From the NCBI GenBank assembly GCA_024704765.1, contig JAKMXF010000222.1:558001-622000 (forward strand): a stretch of 64,000 bases of DNA, written 5' to 3'. Positions 62,433 through 64,000 of this stretch are shown piece after piece. Positions within the stretch are counted from its first letter, which is position 1. Each line of letters opens with the position of its first letter. Under the pieces are notes generated by a model that made no database searches, was not told where the DNA came from, and saw only the letters and a list, made by a program, of their open reading frames with translations. This stretch comes from Oopsacas minuta (lineage: Eukaryota > Animalia > Porifera). The position numbers and the translations under genes are program-made.

Positions 62433-62763
62433 TACACTCGAACATCTTTTATCCGGGCAGTGCCGGACCGGATGCCCGGAAGTCAGAATTTTCTTTGACC
62501 TCATTAACAACATCAACTCTACGGATATCCAATTAGAGAATATAGGATAAAATTGAGATGCATTTGAATTTATGAACCTGGATGTTTTAACGATTTTAGT
62601 TACAAAGAAACGTGTTAGGTATGAAGTACAAGAAAAGGCAGCTCTATAACAAGGAAAAATTAATGGAAATGGTCAAATTTATTTCAATTCTTTTGGAAAA
62701 ATGGTTCCCGGTTGAGGGATGCACCGATATCTCGGAGGTCCGGATAAGTGAGGGTCGAGTGTA
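62433..62763. mobile_element. TA-flanked MITE (CACTCG..CGAGTG)
   Basis: tacactcgaacatcttttatccgg versus reverse complement tacactcgaccctcacttatccgg. Confidence 0.65.
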
Positions 62764-62905
62764 TTCTTAATTTTCAATTGTTGTCTGTCTGTTTGTTTGT
62801 CTGTTTGTTTGTTTCAAGGAAATGAATTATGGTAAGCTATTTGAATTCAAATTTCGTAACTCCGAGATTTCGCATAACTATGTGATTATTTTGGTCATCA
62901 AAGAG

Positions 62906-63008
62906 TAATACTATAATACTATAATACTATAATACTATAATACTATAATACTATAATACTATAATACTATAATACTATAATACTATAATACTATAATACT
63001 ATAATACT
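62906..63008. repeat. Perfect 8-bp tandem array (TAATACTA) x ~13
   Basis: Directly visible. It lies inside a copy of the (GTYT)n-headed dispersed repeat. Confidence 0.95.
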
Positions 63009-64000
63009 TATATTGAAATGCCGAAATGGTTTTCACATCTTTGGATTCATAAAAAGTAGATATAATTGTTGTACTTATGAATAGTGTGTAAACAAGTAAG
63101 CAAATCGCAAAATATAAGTAGAGACAGGTCTCAACGGCTATCATGGGGACTCGAGGATGCTGAATCCGGATCTCGCACTTCAAGATATTAATTGTAAATT
63201 TCTTTGCTATTTTATGATATAATGAATTCAATTAACCAAATATGAATTATCTATAAGTAGAAGGCGCTAGATAAGTTATTTGGCTAAATTATAGTTAAAA
63301 ATGTCCAGAATTCATTGCGGAGCAATGAGCCAAAGGTTCGCATTATAAAAAGGTGCAACATTATAACAACAAGCGGGATAATTAAATTGAACCGTATGGT
63401 AGATCCAAGGAAAGGAACAGATGTCCAGGGAATTCTAGTCAGCATACTGTAATTCAATGATAACAGAATTTGGCAAAAGTAAGCGTTACTATATCAAATT
63501 CATTATTACCATTACTCTCGCTTAATCTAGTCAAACAGACGAATGGTCAAATGGATATAACAATATTCGAGTTGAATTCAATCCATAATCTGAATCCGAT
63601 TATTAGATTAGTTCGGAGATACATAGTTACATCTGCCCAACTAGAATCAATCAATTAATGGTTTCTAATATAATTATAGTACTCTACTTTAAACATGCAA
63701 AGATAAGACAAGAAAATGTTGCTATAATCATTGAAGAGGTCAGAAAAGATTGTAGAGGTATTTGGGAGATTCAAAAATGTACAAAATGGAATGTAAATCT
63801 ATTAAATGACTAAAATCAGTGTATAATAAATATCTTCAATAGCTGAACTGCCTAAACATTTATGGTGCTTAGGATGAGATCATCAAAAAGAGCTGAGGGA
63901 CTTCAGGGTAGTAATTAGAATATTTATTTTAGAATAGTTATGTTGAAAAAGTAGTAGAAAATTATGTAATATAATTACCCTAAAACTTCATCAGATAGCT

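Overview
This is AT-rich eukaryotic, probably metazoan, DNA with no prokaryotic features. The compact, mostly intronless gene style recalls sponges such as the hexactinellid Oopsacas, but that attribution is inference only. Host genes: a lysosomal-type acid phosphatase (-), two intronless B3GALT6-like galactosyltransferases (+), MOB2 (+), an SLC35F/EamA transporter (+), a small EGF/cbEGF type-I membrane protein (-), ELOF1 (-) and a two-exon Rab39-like GTPase (+). The Rab gene lies entirely inside an 11.1-kb intron of an antisense p190-type RhoGAP gene, whose last two exons I reconstructed by hand. Intergenic DNA is dense in transposon material: two different full-length DD37D (maT) Tc1/mariner elements, hAT transposase relics and MITEs, P-type MITEs, TA-flanked CAGT..ACTG MITEs and a Gypsy integrase relic. 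The most unusual object is invisible in the ORF track. At 38.8-41.8 kb a spliced KDZ (Kyakuja-Dileera-Zisupton)-like transposase is packed tail-to-tail with a Ulp1/SENP-like protease + PHD finger gene; both are frameshifted. There is also a near-perfect 426-bp-arm inverted repeat at 31.5-32.4 kb. All assignments come from manual reading and motif recall; no database searches were run.
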